From contig CAVYYI010000001.1 of NCBI GenBank assembly GCA_963772725.1, positions 160,001 through 224,000 on the forward strand: 64,000 nt of DNA, written 5' to 3'. The stretch is from an uncultured Phycisphaerales bacterium. GTDB taxonomy: Bacteria > Planctomycetota > Phycisphaerae > Sedimentisphaerales > Anaerobacaceae. The position numbers were made by a program, and so were the translations under genes. Shown piece after piece: positions 41,456 through 54,272 of the stretch (positions within the stretch are counted from its first letter, which is position 1; every line of letters begins with the position of its first letter). The notes beneath the pieces are model-generated. The model ran no database searches. It was given only the letters and a program-made list of their open reading frames with translations, and was not told the origin of the DNA.

Positions 41456-42670
41456 TTATATTTGTTCGTTATTTTCTATATTCTTTCTAATTATACGATA
41501 CGTTTGCTGTGCAATTAACATTTCTTCATTTGCCGGAATGTTCATCAGCCGGACATTCGAATCATCAGAGGAAAAAATGGTTTCATTATTCTTGTTTTTC
41601 CCTTGGTTTATATGACTGCCCAGATAATCAAAATTAGCTGCGATACGTGCTCTTATATATGGACTATTTTCTCCGATTCCACCGGTAAACACGATTACGT
41701 CAACACCGTTTAACGCCGCAACATAAGCCCCGATGTATTTCTGAATCCTGTAAACAAAAACATCAATTGCAACTTGTGCCTTTGTGTCCCCCTTTTCAGC
41801 CATTGCGATAATGTCACGCATGTCACTTTTACCGCATAATCCTAACAACCCGCTGCTTTTATTTAGTAAATCCTTTACCTGCGAAACTTTTAATCCTACC
41901 ACATCGATTAAGTACAAAACTACGGAAGGGTCTAAATCCCCGCAACGGCTGCCCATCACCAGTCCTTCCAAAGGTGTTAGGCCCATTGAGGTGTCAATGC
42001 TTTTGCCCCGCTGAAATGCAGTAATCGAGCAGCCGTTTCCAAGATGACATGTAATAACTTTGAGAGTATTTAATTGTTTAGATAAAATTCCGGCGGCCTC
42101 ATTTGCAACGTAACCGTGATTGATTCCATGAAAGCCGTACTTACGAATCTTATGTTTTTCATAATATTCTATGGGAAGACCATATAGGAACGCTTTGAAC
42201 TCCATTGTTTGATGCACGGCTGTATCGAAAATAGCCACGTTGGGAATATCAGGCAGCAACTCCTGCGAAACTTCGATGCCCGTGATGTTCGGCAGACTGT
42301 GCAGCGGGGCGAACTGAGCCGCTTCTTTTATTTGCTTCATCACATCTTCATTGATTAAGGCGGGATTCCTTAATTTTTCCCCACCGTGGACTATTCTGTG
42401 TCCTACGCCATCTATTCTGTCAATACTTCTGATTTGACTTGATTTATTTTCGACCAGTGCCTTATGCATAGCACGCATTGCGGTTCGGTGGTCGGGAAGA
42501 AACGTTTCCAACTTTTGTTCACGATTGTTTTCTATGGTTTGACAAATTGAAGAAGATTTTTGGCCTATCCGTTCGGCCATTCCTTTTGCCAATACTTGAT
42601 AGTTCCTTTCAACATCAAATAGCTTGTATTTGATGCTGCTTGAACCGCAGTTTAAAGATAATATTTTCAT
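41456..42670 (-). CDS. ackA: Acetate kinase
   Basis: LNCGSSSIKY, GHRIVHGG, APLH, KYGFHG, HLGNG, SMGLTPLEG, FTGGIGEN. Confidence 0.95.
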   Translation of the reverse strand: MKILSLNCGSSSIKYKLFDVERNYQVLAKGMAERIGQKSSSICQTIENNREQKLETFLPDHRTAMRAMHKALVENKSSQIRSIDRIDGVGHRIVHGGEKLRNPALINEDVMKQIKEAAQFAPLHSLPNITGIEVSQELLPDIPNVAIFDTAVHQTMEFKAFLYGLPIEYYEKHKIRKYGFHGINHGYVANEAAGILSKQLNTLKVITCHLGNGCSITAFQRGKSIDTSMGLTPLEGLVMGSRCGDLDPSVVLYLIDVVGLKVSQVKDLLNKSSGLLGLCGKSDMRDIIAMAEKGDTKAQVAIDVFVYRIQKYIGAYVAALNGVDVIVFTGGIGENSPYIRARIAANFDYLGSHINQGKNKNNETIFSSDDSNVRLMNIPANEEMLIAQQTYRIIRKNIENNEQI

Positions 42671-42683
42671 ATTAATCCACGCA

Positions 42684-45093
42684 TTATTTGGCGACCGGTT
42701 TTTTATCGCCAGCCCATCTCCACTGATCAACCTCCGGCTTATCAATGCCGTACTCATAGGCATAGTTCTGACATTCGATCTGCATATTGCGCAGCTTCTC
42801 CTTGACATGGGCGCCCGCTACACGCAGTGCCGGCACACGGTCGATAACATCAATGGCCAGACTGAATCGGTCGATCTGGTTCTGGATAGCCAGATCGAGC
42901 GGCGTATTGATGTTGCCCTTCTCTTTGTAGCCGCGCACATGGAGGTTCTTGTGATTGGTGCGACGGTAGGTAAGGCGATGGATCAGCCACGGATAGCCGT
43001 GGAAGTTAAAGATGATGGGCTTATCAACCGTGAACAGACTGTCGAAGTCCTTGTCGGAAAGGCCGTGCGGATGCTCGGTGGACGGCGTGAGCTTGAACAG
43101 ATCCACCACATTGACAAAGCGTATCTTAAGATCGGGGAAATTTTCCCGCAGCATCACGATTGCCGCCAGCGCCTCTTTGGTGGGAATATCGCCCGCCGAG
43201 GCCATCACCACATCCGGCTCCGAGCCTTCGTCGTTGCTCGCTTTCTGCCAAAGGCCGATGCCCTTGGTGCAGTGCGCGATGGCCTCATCCATATTCAGAT
43301 ATTGAAGATGCTTCTGCTTGTCGCAGACGATCACATTAATGTAGTTGGTGCTCTTGAGGCAGTGATCGGCCACACTGAGCAGGCAGTTCACATCCGGCGG
43401 CATATAGATGCGGCACACATCCGGGCTTTTATTGCAGACCACATCCAAAAAGCCGGGGTCCTGATGGGTGAAGCCGTTGTGATCCTGTCGCCACACTGTC
43501 GAGGTAATAAACAAATTGAGCGAAGAAACCGGCGCACGCCACGGCAACTGGCGGCAAATAGCGAGCCATTTGGCATGCTGGTTGAACATCGAATCGATAA
43601 CATGCACAAACGCTTCGTAGGTGGAGAAAAATCCATGGCGGCCCGAAAGCAGATACCCTTCGAACCAGCCCTCCAGCGTGTGCTCCGAGAGCATTTCCAG
43701 AACACGGCCATCCGGCGACAACTGGCCGCCGTCCGCATCTTCAGGCAGATAATTTGCCAGCCACAGTTTCTTGCTCACTTCATAAATGTTATCGAGCTTG
43801 TTTGATGTATTTTCGTCAGGGCCGAAAACGCGGAAATTTGTCATATTCTGACGCATAATGTCACGTAAAAAACAGCCGAGCGGACGAGCGTTTTCGGCGG
43901 TGATTTGCCCCGGTTTTTCCACTACAATGGCATAGTCGCGGAAGTCCGGCATACGCAGCGGCTTTCGCAAAAGGCCGCCGTTGGCGTGCGGATTTGCGCT
44001 CATGCGGCGAGTGCCTTTGGGAGCCAGTGCCTTCAATTCCGGAATCAGCCGTCCGCTTACATCGAACAATTCCTCGGGCTTGTAGCTGCGCATCCACTCT
44101 TCCAACTGTTTCAAATGTGCCGGATTCTCGTGCATACCAGACAGCGGCACCTGGTGGGAACGCCAGAAACCTTCGACCTTATGGCCGTCCACTTCTTTGG
44201 GACCTGTCCAGCCCTTGGGACTGCGAAGCACAATCATAGGCCAGCGAGCCCTGTCCGGCTTGCCGCTGCTGCGTGCTTCCTGCTGAATACGCCGAATCTC
44301 CAGAACGCAATCTTCCAGTGTCGCGGCCATCTTCTGATGCATTTCCTCCGGCTCGTCCCCTTCCACAAAATGCGGCGTCCAGCCATAGCCCTTGAAGAGA
44401 TCTTCAAGTTCCTCATGGGAAATGCGGGACAGCAGCGTGGGATTATTGATTTTGTAGCCGTTGAGATGCAGGATCGGCAGCACCGCACCGTCGCGGATCG
44501 GATTGATAAACTTATTGGAATGCCATGAGGTCGCCAGCGGCCCCGTTTCCGATTCGCCGTCGCCGACCACAACCGCCACCAGCAGGTCAGGATTATCAAA
44601 AGCGGCGCCGAAGGCATGAGAGACGCTGTAGCCCAGTTCGCCTCCTTCATGGATGGAGCCGGGCGTTTCCGGCGTGCAGTGGCTGCCGATGCCGCCGGGA
44701 AAGGAAAATTCCTTGAAAAATTCGCAGCATCCCCTCCTCATCCTCACCCTTGTTCGGATAAACCTCCGAGTATGTTCCCTCCAGATAAACCGGCGCCAGT
44801 ACGCCCGGCGCTCCGTGGCCGGGACCGGCCATGAAAATCGCATCAAGGTCATACTTATTGATCAGGCGGTTGAGATGAATATAAGTGAAGCTCAAGCCGG
44901 GACTGGCGCCCCAGTGACCCAGCAGACGCTGCTTGATGTGTTCGGCCTTGAGAGGCTTGCGAAGCAGCGGATTCGCCCGCAGATAGATCATGCCGGCCGC
45001 CAGATAATTGCAGGCCCGCCAATAAGCATTCATTAGTTCAAGTTCTTTATGGGAAAGGGGGTTCATTTTTTGATTTGTAATTTTTTTGGCCAT
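42684..45093 (-). CDS. xfp: Xylulose-5-P/fructose-6-P phosphoketolase (frameshift near 44730)
   Basis: [50 protein letters not shown]. Confidence 0.95.
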
Positions 45094-45627
45094 GGCAATC
45101 TCCATTTCCGCGATATTGCGCCTAATTTTTCAGACTAACTGGTTTATTGTAAAAAAATAAATTATTACAAAATCAGCAAACTATTCATTCAAAGTTGTTT
45201 CCAGCACATCTCGGGACATTCAGCTTATACTTTACCATAATCTGAACCTCTGCCCATTGTCAAGACAAATTGTCCGCCTTAAATCTGTCCTTGGTGTAGA
45301 ATTCTATTAGCCCCCCAAAATTTGTGATATCTTAAAATTTACTAACTTTTATTGCAAGTTATGTAAAATTATTACAGTAAGTTGACTATATTTTAAATTA
45401 CAATAATCGCAATTAGTAAAATTCCTGATTTTAGTATTAGGAATTTCCCTACATCATCCGGATATCATAGGTATTTACCTGACAGCAAAAACAGGTTTTT
45501 CCCCAATTGTGCAATTGACCTTAATCTAATAAAGTTGGTGCGGTTATAATTATGTAAAGTCTGATTTATTCCAGACAGTACACACCGCTGTGGGGTAAAA
45601 GACATCATTGCGAAAAGGGACAGCATA

Positions 45628-46227
45628 GTGAGTGAAAAGCTACCTGTTATTTATGTGGCACGACATGGTGAGACGGCATGGAGTCTTACGGGCCAATACA
45701 CAGGGCTTACCGATTTACCTCTAACCGAACAAGGGGAACGCAATGCACACCAACTCGGAGAACGATTGAAAGAGCAGACTTTCACCAGGGTTTTTACCAG
45801 TCCCTTACGTCGTGCGGTCCGGACATGCGAATTGGCCGGTTTCGGTTCTGTTGCGGAAGTTGACCGTAATCTTGTTGAATGGAATTACGGTGAATACGAA
45901 GGCCGCCGGACCGCGGAAATCCTTGCTGAACGCCCTGACTGGATGCTTTTCCGTGATGGATGTCCCAGCGGCGAAACACCTGCTCAGGTTGCCGCACGTG
46001 CCGATAGTGTAATAAGCCGCGTCCGCGCGGTTAAAGGAGACGTGTTGCTTTTTTCGAGTGGCCATTTCATACGTGTCCTGGCTGCTCGATGGATAGGGCT
46101 TGAGCCTTCAGTTAACAGCAGGTCTTTTATGCTCAGTACCGCGAGCCTTTGTGCTTTTAGCTATGAAGGAAATTTTTTACGACCGGCAATTTATCTTTGG
46201 AATGAAACTCGTCATGTGGGTAAGTGA
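45628..46227 (+). CDS. Histidine phosphatase (phosphoglycerate mutase-like)
   Basis: RHGETAWS, SPLRRA, EWNYG.YEG, SGH. Confidence 0.9.
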   Translation: MSEKLPVIYVARHGETAWSLTGQYTGLTDLPLTEQGERNAHQLGERLKEQTFTRVFTSPLRRAVRTCELAGFGSVAEVDRNLVEWNYGEYEGRRTAEILAERPDWMLFRDGCPSGETPAQVAARADSVISRVRAVKGDVLLFSSGHFIRVLAARWIGLEPSVNSRSFMLSTASLCAFSYEGNFLRPAIYLWNETRHVGK

Positions 46228-46322
46228 CTCAATGCAGAAGTCAATGCAGAAGTCCGGCCCACTTGACACAAGTTGAGTAATGTGGTATTTTTGAGAAAAA
46301 AATTAAGTGAAAGGGCATTAAA

Positions 46323-48840
46323 ATGGGTAGGGATATTGATGTTCCTCCGATGATGCCAAAAGAGCAAGAAGATGTATCAAAACTCCTCAAGCAATACGGG
46401 TGCGGACCGGTTCAGTTTTCGGGAACGGACAATGCATTATACGAGCGGCATCTGATTTTTGACAATGTTATCGATTTGAAAACAGCCGGGACGCGTGAGC
46501 GATTTGAGGCCTTTGCCCGTTCTGTGCGGGATGTTCTTTCACAGCGATGGGTACGCACGGAGGATACGTATAATCGTGTGAATCCCAAAGCGTATTTACT
46601 ATCTTTCGATGGAATTTCTCATCGGCCGTTCACTGGCCAACAATGTCACGAATCTTCTGCTCGATGATATTGCCAAACAAGCTGTCGAGCAGAAAGCATA
46701 TCGATTTGCTTGGATTGCTTGAACAGGAACCTGATGCGGGGCTGGGTAATGGAGGACTTGGACGTCTGGCGGCGTGCTTCCTCGATTCGATGGCCACGAT
46801 GCAGCTTCCGGCCATGGGCTACGGTCTGCGTTACGAATATGGGATTTTCAAACAGTCCATTAAGGACGGCTGGCAGCAGGAACAGCCCGACAACTGGCTG
46901 CGTCACCCTGACCCGTGGGAGGTTGCACGTCTGCATGAGATGGTGGAGGTAAAGCTTAACTGCTCATTTGAGCTTCGAGGCGGAAGCTTGCAGGGCATAC
47001 CCGGCCGGCCATCCAGCTTGCTCGGTATTCCGTTTGACCGTCCCGTAGTGGGTTATGGCGGCAAGACCATCAATACGCTTCGGCTCTGGGCGGCAGCGGC
47101 GCCGGATTATTTTGATTTTCAGAGATTCAGCCGCGGGGATTTTGTCGGTGCTCTTGCTGAAACGCTTACGGCAGAATCTCTTACGCGGGTACTTTATCCC
47201 GATGATACCACCAGTCTGGGACAGGGACTGCGATTTGTGCAGGAATATTTTCTTGTTGCGTGTTCGCTGGCAGACCTTGTGCGGCGTTTCCGGCGCAGCA
47301 ACACCGACTGGAGCAAGCTTCCCGAGAAAGTTGCAATACAGCTTAATGATACACATCCATCTATGGCTGTTCCTGAATTGATGCGTATTCTGCTTGACGA
47401 AGCCAACCTCGAGTGGGACCAGGCGTGGGACATTACACAAAAGACTCTGGCATACACGAACCACACACTGCTGCCTGAAGCTCTGGAGAAATGGCCGATC
47501 GCGTGGTTTGAAATGATGCAGCCGCGTCTTCTGGAAATTATCTTCGAGATAAATCGCCGCTTTCTCGATACGATGTTCGTACCAAATTCCCGGTGACGAG
47601 GGACGCGTTGCGCGAATGAGTCTTATTGAGGAAGGCGACAGTGCGCAAGATTCGCATGGCCAATCTGGCTATTGTCGGTTCGCACAGCACTAACGGTGTG
47701 GCCGCAATACATTCCGAACTGTTGCGTACAATGACGGTCAAGGATTTTGCCGAGATGTTCCCGGAACGTTTCAATAATAAAACCAATGGCGTTACGCCGC
47801 GACGCTGGCTGCTGCTGGCGAATCCGGCACTTGCAGATACGATTACCGAGGCCATAGGCGACGGCTGGATTACTGACCTGAGCCAATTGAGCAAACTCAA
47901 GCCACTTGCCGATGACAAGGGTTTCCGGATGCATTTCCTAAGGCCAAGCGTGCGGCCAAGTCTCAGTTTGCCGACTGGCTAAAAATCAACTACCGGCCAG
48001 ACAGTGGACCCGGACAGCATTTTCGATTGTCAGGTCAAGCGTATCCACGAATACAAGAGGCAATTACTCAATGCGCTGCGCATCGTGGTACTTTACAACC
48101 GCCTGCGGGCAAATCCGAACATGGATATGGCGCCGCGAACGTTTTTTTTCGCCGGCAAGGCCGCACCGGCCTACCATCTTGGCCAAACTTATCATCAAGT
48201 TCATCAACAATCTGGCAGGCACCATTGACGGGGACCCGGCGATGCGAGGGCAGACTTAAAGTCCTGTTTCTGCCTGATTACTGTGTTTCTCTTGCAGAAC
48301 GGCTGATTCCTGCCAGCGATGTCTCCAATCAGATATCGACCGCAGGATATGAAGCCAGCGGCACGAGCAATATGAAGTTTATGATGAATGGGGCGCTGAC
48401 CATAGGTACACGCGACGGAGCTACAATTGAAATGGCACAGGAAGCGGGCGAGGAAAACTTTTTCCTTTTCGGTCTGACTGCTGAACAAGTGGCCGACAGC
48501 CAAGGCTGGTATAATCCATACTGGCATTACGAAAACGAACCGGAGACCCGCGAGGCGCTGGATATGATTTTCTCAAATTACTTCAGTCGCTATGAACCTG
48601 GTGTTTTTACTCCATTATGCGAGACGCTTCTAACACGCGGCGACCATTATATGCATTTGGCCGACCTAAAGTTTTATCTTGAGGCGGACCAGCGGTTATG
48701 TGAATTGTATGCCGACCCGCGATGGATGGGCATTTAAGGCCATTCTGAATGTGGCCGGTTCCGGCAAATTTTCCAGCGACCGAACCATCGCGGAGTATGC
48801 GTCAAATATCTGGAATGCAAAGCCATGTCCGGTGACCTGA
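46323..48840 (+). CDS. glgP: Glycogen/starch/alpha-glucan phosphorylase (several frameshifts)
   Basis: [49 protein letters not shown]. Confidence 0.93.
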
Positions 48841-48992
48841 ACGCGAGCCTTCGCCATTCACGCCGGCACCAGATGGTTACCGGCAACAGCCTGACAAAGG
48901 CTAAAAGAGATGGATAACGATTGGTTTCTAAAAAAAATATTATACGCGATTGCAATGCCCTAACGCATCGTCTGAAATAAGGAGACTTTTTT

Positions 48993-49802
48993 ATGTCCAA
49001 GATGATAGTGGAAAAAACGAAAACGAAGATGAAACGTAAAAAATACGAAAAGGTACTGCGTAACCTCCAGACTGAATTGTGTGTGTTGCAGGAGTGGGTA
49101 GTGCAAAAAGGATTGCGAGTGATGGTCGTATTTGAGGGGCGTGATGCAGCCGGCAAGGGCGGAACCATCAAGGCGATAACGGAGCGAGTCAGCCCGCGTG
49201 TGTTTCGTGTCATAGCATTGCCGGCACCGTCCGATCGGGAACGGACGCAGATGTTTGGTCAACGATACATTCGGTACTTCCCATCTGCCGGCGAGGTCGT
49301 CATTTTCGACCGGAGCTGGTACAACCGCGCTGGCGTGGAGCCGGTAATGGGATTCTGTACCAAAGAACAATACCTTAGTTTTCTTGAGAATTGTCCAAAA
49401 TTCGAGGCTTTTTCCATCCGGTCCGGCATCATCCTGATAAAGTTCTGGCTGGAGGTTGGCCAGGAAGAACAACAGCGACGGTTCGATGACCGTGTCAAAG
49501 ACCCGCTCCGTCAGTGGAAATTAAGCCCGATGGACATCGAGTCGTATTCCCGATGGTATGACTATTCCCGCGCACGCGACATGATGCTGAAGGCAACTGA
49601 CACAAAGGAGGCTCCGTGGTACATTGTTCGCTCGGATGATAAACGGCGTGCCCGCCTCAATTGCATCGCACATCTTCTTAACCTTATTCCCTATAAGAAA
49701 ATACCCCACAAAAAAGTAAAACTTCCTGCACGTTCGGATAAAGGGAAGTACGACGACCAGATAACGCTGAAAGGCCGGAATTTCGTACCGGAGAAATACT
49801 GA
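48993..49802 (+). CDS. ppk2: Polyphosphate kinase 2
   Basis: FEGRDAAGKGG, FDRSWYNRAGVE, WKLSPMD. Confidence 0.95.
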   Translation: MSKMIVEKTKTKMKRKKYEKVLRNLQTELCVLQEWVVQKGLRVMVVFEGRDAAGKGGTIKAITERVSPRVFRVIALPAPSDRERTQMFGQRYIRYFPSAGEVVIFDRSWYNRAGVEPVMGFCTKEQYLSFLENCPKFEAFSIRSGIILIKFWLEVGQEEQQRRFDDRVKDPLRQWKLSPMDIESYSRWYDYSRARDMMLKATDTKEAPWYIVRSDDKRRARLNCIAHLLNLIPYKKIPHKKVKLPARSDKGKYDDQITLKGRNFVPEKY

Positions 49803-49824
49803 ATGGTGTACGAGTAGATAAAAG

Positions 49825-51485
49825 ATGGAACACAAAATAAACGTAGGAATTTCTCCTTTTGCAGGTAAATTGGCACCAAGAGAAATGCTGGTTGACCTGT
49901 CTCGGCTCGAACGTGAGTATTACGAGTGTCAGCCGGATATGACGGATGCCAACCAGCGAGTTAGTTTTGGCACCAGCGGACATCGTGGTTCGTCACTGCA
50001 CGGTACGTTCACTGAAGCCCATATCCTGGCTATTACCCAGGCTATCTGCGACTATCGAGCAGCAGTATGATGGCCGTATATCATGGTAGGGACACACACG
50101 CGTTGTCCGGGCCTGCCCAGCGTACTGCTCTGGAAGTTTTGGCGGCAAACAATGTGGAAACTATCATCCATCGAAATGATTGTGTAACGCCGACACCGGT
50201 TGTCTCGTGGCTTATCCTTGTTTACAACCGTGGTCGCAGGGAGCATCTTGCTGACGGCGTAGTAATCACGCCGTCGCACAACCCCCCTGAGGATGGCGGT
50301 TTCAAGTATAACTCAACCAATGGCGGTCCGGCCGATACCGATGTGACGAAGTGGATTCAGAACCGTGCCAATGAACTGCTGCAAAAAGGCAATGCCGGTA
50401 TAAAACGTGTACCATTCTCATCGGCCATCAAAGCGGAGAGCACCCACCAGGAAGATTTTGTCACGCCCTATGTTAACGACCTGCAGAATGTCATCGATAT
50501 GGATGCTATACGTGCTGCCGACCTCAAGCTGGGTGCTGACCCGCTCGGAGGGGCATCCGAACCATATTGGGAGCCGATAAGCTCAGTTTATAAACTTAAC
50601 ATTGTCGTTGTAAATCCGAAAGTTGACCCAACCTTCTCGTTTATGCCGGTTGACCACGACGGCAGGATACGGATGGACTGCTCCAGCCCGTATGCGATGG
50701 CGGGGCTTGTCGGTCTCAAGAACCAGTACAAGCTTGCTTTCGCCAATGACCCGGATTCTGACCGGCACGGAATTGTAACACCGCATGCAGGGTTGATGAA
50801 TCCCAACCACTACCTGGCCGTGGCCATAAACTATCTGCTTACGCATCGCCCAGACTGGCCTAAGAATGCTGCCGTGGGAAAGACGCTTGTCAGCAGCAGT
50901 ATTATTGACAGGGTGGTTGAAAAACTCGGTCGCAAACTGTCCGAAGTACCGGTAGGCTTCAAATGGTTCACACCAGGATTGTTTGACGGCTCATATTGTT
51001 TCGGCGGTGAGGAAAGTGCCGGGGCAAGCTTTCTGCGACAAGACGGTACTGTATGGACTACCGACAAAGACGGTTTAATCATGAATCTGCTCGCAGCCGA
51101 AATCACAGCCAGCACAAAAAAAGACCCGGGCGAGCACTATAGCGAACTAACTGCTCAGTTCGGTACACCTTATTATACTCGCATCGATGCGTCGGCAACA
51201 CCAGAGCAGAAAGTAAGATTACAGAAGCTGTCGCCGGAAGCTGTCAGGGAGTCAAAATTGGCCGGTGAGCAGATTACAGCTAAATTGACCTGCGCTCCCG
51301 GCAATGGGGCACCAATTGGCGGCTTGAAAGTCGTGGCCGTCAATGGCTGGTTCGCGGCCCGGCCGTCCGGTACGGAAAATATTTACAAGATTTATGCAGA
51401 AAGCTTCAAGGGTCAGGAACACCTAAATGCCATTGTGACCGAAGCCCAGCAAATCGTAAACAACGCACTGAAAGCCGTATCATAA
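49825..51485 (+). CDS. pgm: Phosphoglucomutase (frameshift or deletion near 50060)
   Basis: [44 protein letters not shown]. Confidence 0.93.
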
Positions 51486-51544
51486 CACTAAATAAATTAT
51501 TCTGATAATAAATGGATACTATGAAATAGGAGAAATAAAATAAT

Positions 51545-53203
51545 ATGAAAGCATCAATCAGAAAGATGAAATCACCAATTGAGCCGCTGACCAAACGTAA
51601 GGCGTGGAAAGCCCTCGAAGCCCACTATAAAAAAGTCGGCCAGATGCATCTGCAAAAGCTTTTTACAGATGATCCAAATCGTGGCGAACGTTTCACGGTC
51701 GAGGCTCTGGGTATTTATCTGGATTATTCAAAGAATCGCGTTACCGATGAAACTATAAAATTGCTCACTCAACTTGCGGAAGAGACCGGGCTTCGGGAGC
51801 GGATTGATGCAATGTTTCGTGGCGACAAGATAAACCTTACGGAAAACCGGGCTGTTTTGCATGTTGCACTGCGGGCACCTAAAGGGACATCTATCATGGT
51901 AGATGGCAAGAACGTGGTGCCACAGGTTCATGCCGTGCTTGATAAAATGGCCGATTTCTGCAACCGCATCCGCAGCGGTGAATGGAAAGGTCATACCGGC
52001 AAACCTATTCGTAACATAGTTAACATAGGAATTGGAGGCTCCGACCTCGGTCCAGTGATGGCATACGAAGCGATGAAGGGTTACTGCGACCGCAGCAGGA
52101 TTTTTCGTTTCATTTCCAACATTGATGCCACCGACTTTGCCGAAGCTGTACGTGACCTTGAGCCGGCTGAAACGCTTTTTATCGTCTCTTCGAAAACCTT
52201 TACGACGCTCGAAACAATGACGAATGCAAACACTGCCCGCAAATGGGCTCTTGCCGGTTTAGGTAACGATGAAAAGTCAGTCGCTAAACATTTTGTTGCG
52301 GTATCAACGAATGCCGCGGAAGTAGCCAAGTTCGGTATTGATACTGCAAATATGTTTGGTTTCTGGGACTGGGTCGGCGGTCGCTATTCGATGGATTCGG
52401 CGATAGGCCTTTCGACAATGCTTGCCATCGGTCCGGAGAACTTCCGTGCTATGCTGGACGGCCTACACCAAATGGACGAACACTTCCTAACAGCTTCGTT
52501 CGAGCAAAACCTGCCGGTGCTCATGGGGCTTCTTGGTATCTGGTACAATAATTTCTTCGGGGCAGAGACTGTTGCAGTTTTGCCGTATGAGCAATATCTG
52601 AGGCGATTCCCCGCATATCTGCAGCAGTTGATAATGGAAAGCAATGGCAAACATGTTACTCTCGATGGCACCGAAGTAACGTATCAGACAAGCCCTGTAT
52701 ACTGGGGAGAGCCGGGAACCAACGGTCAGCATTCTTTTTACCAGTTGATTCATCAGGGAACAAAGCTTATTCCCTGTGACTTTATCGCCTTTAATAAATC
52801 GCTCAATCCGCTTGGTCGTCATCACGATATGCTCATAGCGAACGTTTTTGCCCAAGCCGAGGCGCTGGCTTTTGGCAAGACTCGCGAACAAGTCAAAGCC
52901 GAAGGCACACCAGATTGGCTTGTGCCGCATCGCGTATTTGAGGGTAATCGGCCGTCGAATACAATTCTTGCCGACCAGCTCACTCCGGAAACGCTCGGAA
53001 AACTTATTTCCCTCTACGAACATTGCGTCTTTACGCAGGGCGCTATTTGGCAGATTGACTCATTTGACCAGTGGGGCGTCGAACTTGGGAAAGTGCTTGC
53101 ACATCGCATTGTTCCTGAACTCGAGAGCAGGGAAGAACCTATGCTTGTCCACGATAGCTCAACAAACAATTTAATACATCGTTATCGCAGGAGCAAATTA
53201 TGA
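51545..53203 (+). CDS. pgi: Glucose-6-phosphate isomerase
   Basis: [46 protein letters not shown]. Confidence 0.97.
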   Translation: MKASIRKMKSPIEPLTKRKAWKALEAHYKKVGQMHLQKLFTDDPNRGERFTVEALGIYLDYSKNRVTDETIKLLTQLAEETGLRERIDAMFRGDKINLTENRAVLHVALRAPKGTSIMVDGKNVVPQVHAVLDKMADFCNRIRSGEWKGHTGKPIRNIVNIGIGGSDLGPVMAYEAMKGYCDRSRIFRFISNIDATDFAEAVRDLEPAETLFIVSSKTFTTLETMTNANTARKWALAGLGNDEKSVAKHFVAVSTNAAEVAKFGIDTANMFGFWDWVGGRYSMDSAIGLSTMLAIGPENFRAMLDGLHQMDEHFLTASFEQNLPVLMGLLGIWYNNFFGAETVAVLPYEQYLRRFPAYLQQLIMESNGKHVTLDGTEVTYQTSPVYWGEPGTNGQHSFYQLIHQGTKLIPCDFIAFNKSLNPLGRHHDMLIANVFAQAEALAFGKTREQVKAEGTPDWLVPHRVFEGNRPSNTILADQLTPETLGKLISLYEHCVFTQGAIWQIDSFDQWGVELGKVLAHRIVPELESREEPMLVHDSSTNNLIHRYRRSKL

Positions 53204-53386
53204 CCGGCAGCGAAAAGGCTGGAATGATTGTATTTCAGATAAACGCGTATCTGTCAATCCCGACATTGCCGGCACAGGGAGATATAATCGAGGTATGATG
53301 TATTTGAAATATTAATTTTGTCTATGTTGCACATATGGAATGTGCAAAAATGAATACTAAACATTCTATTGTGAAAGGACAGATTA

Positions 53387-53953
53387 ATGGAAAATAAAAT
53401 TCTCTCTATCATTTTGACAGCGTTAACACTTGCCGGCGGATGTTATTCGGAAAAGAAAGCCGCTGTGCCGGAAACACTGTCAAACGTGACTGTAAGGGCA
53501 TCTTACAATCCTACCGCAAAATTCACCAGGGGCAGTAATTATGCTTTTGTAAAATTTGCTTCTGACAGTGAGCAGGAACCTGAGCTCGCCTTGATTGACC
53601 AGAGAATTCAAACGGCGTTGGCCAAACAGTTAAAAGAAAAAGGATTCAAACCCGCCAAATATAAGGGTGTAGGCTTTTTTGTAACCTATACTATTGGACT
53701 GCAACAAGAAATAAACGTTCTGGCGGCCAAAAGCAAGGAGCAGGGCAATGACTGGATAAATGTGCTTGTAATACCTAATGATTATGTAAGCGGCGCGCTG
53801 CTTGTGCAGATAATTGATGCAAAGAGCATGGAACCGATTTGGCTAGGTATTTGCAATGCTGACATAACCCTGGCATTAGTAAGTGAACAACAGAAGCAGC
53901 GGAGAGTTGAATATGTTGTTACAGAGATGCTAAAGACTTTTCCTCCAAAGTAA
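53387..53953 (+). CDS. DUF4136-like lipoprotein
   Basis: LAGGC lipobox; G.L.VQIIDA....IW.G motif. Confidence 0.7.
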   Translation: MENKILSIILTALTLAGGCYSEKKAAVPETLSNVTVRASYNPTAKFTRGSNYAFVKFASDSEQEPELALIDQRIQTALAKQLKEKGFKPAKYKGVGFFVTYTIGLQQEINVLAAKSKEQGNDWINVLVIPNDYVSGALLVQIIDAKSMEPIWLGICNADITLALVSEQQKQRRVEYVVTEMLKTFPPK

Positions 53954-54243
53954 TTAATAATAGGCATTGTTTTTGAAAGGATTTGAAGACAAGCCTTTAA
54001 TTGTTCCAACGCTATACAAAACAGCTCTTAAAGTTTTGTAAAAAATAACTTGTGTCATAAGTGCTTATTTTATAACACATTACAAAAGAGGGCGGTTTGG
54101 CGCCGCCCTCTCCGTTGATTTTTGGGGTATCTTTTGTAAGCACTTGAATTTGCGAGGATTATAGAAGTATCTATGATAAAACGATTATTGAGCAGGTCAG
54201 ATAATTGAGTCGTAAAATGGTTAAAGATTTCCGCAAAATATAG

Positions 54244-54272
54244 TTGACATTATATTTGCGATGTGCTATAGT
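54244..54272 (+). promoter_or_regulatory. Near-consensus sigma70 promoter
   Basis: TTGACA-17 nt-TATAGT with an extended -10 TG. Confidence 0.65.

Larger units (their letters stand above)
24933..54166. mobile_element. ~29 kb genomic island integrated at tRNA-Ser(GGA)
   Basis: Imperfect 64-nt direct repeat 24933-24996 vs 54103-54166 (first 20 nt CCGCCCTCTCCGTTGATTTT identical, including the tRNA 3' end); integrase remnant next to the tRNA; IS5 inside. Confidence 0.8.

Noticed and set aside
42624..43805. 393-aa plus-strand ORF and other long antisense ORFs over rbbA, glgP, thrS and pheS
   Set aside because: Antisense shadows of recognisable genes, with no motifs of their own.
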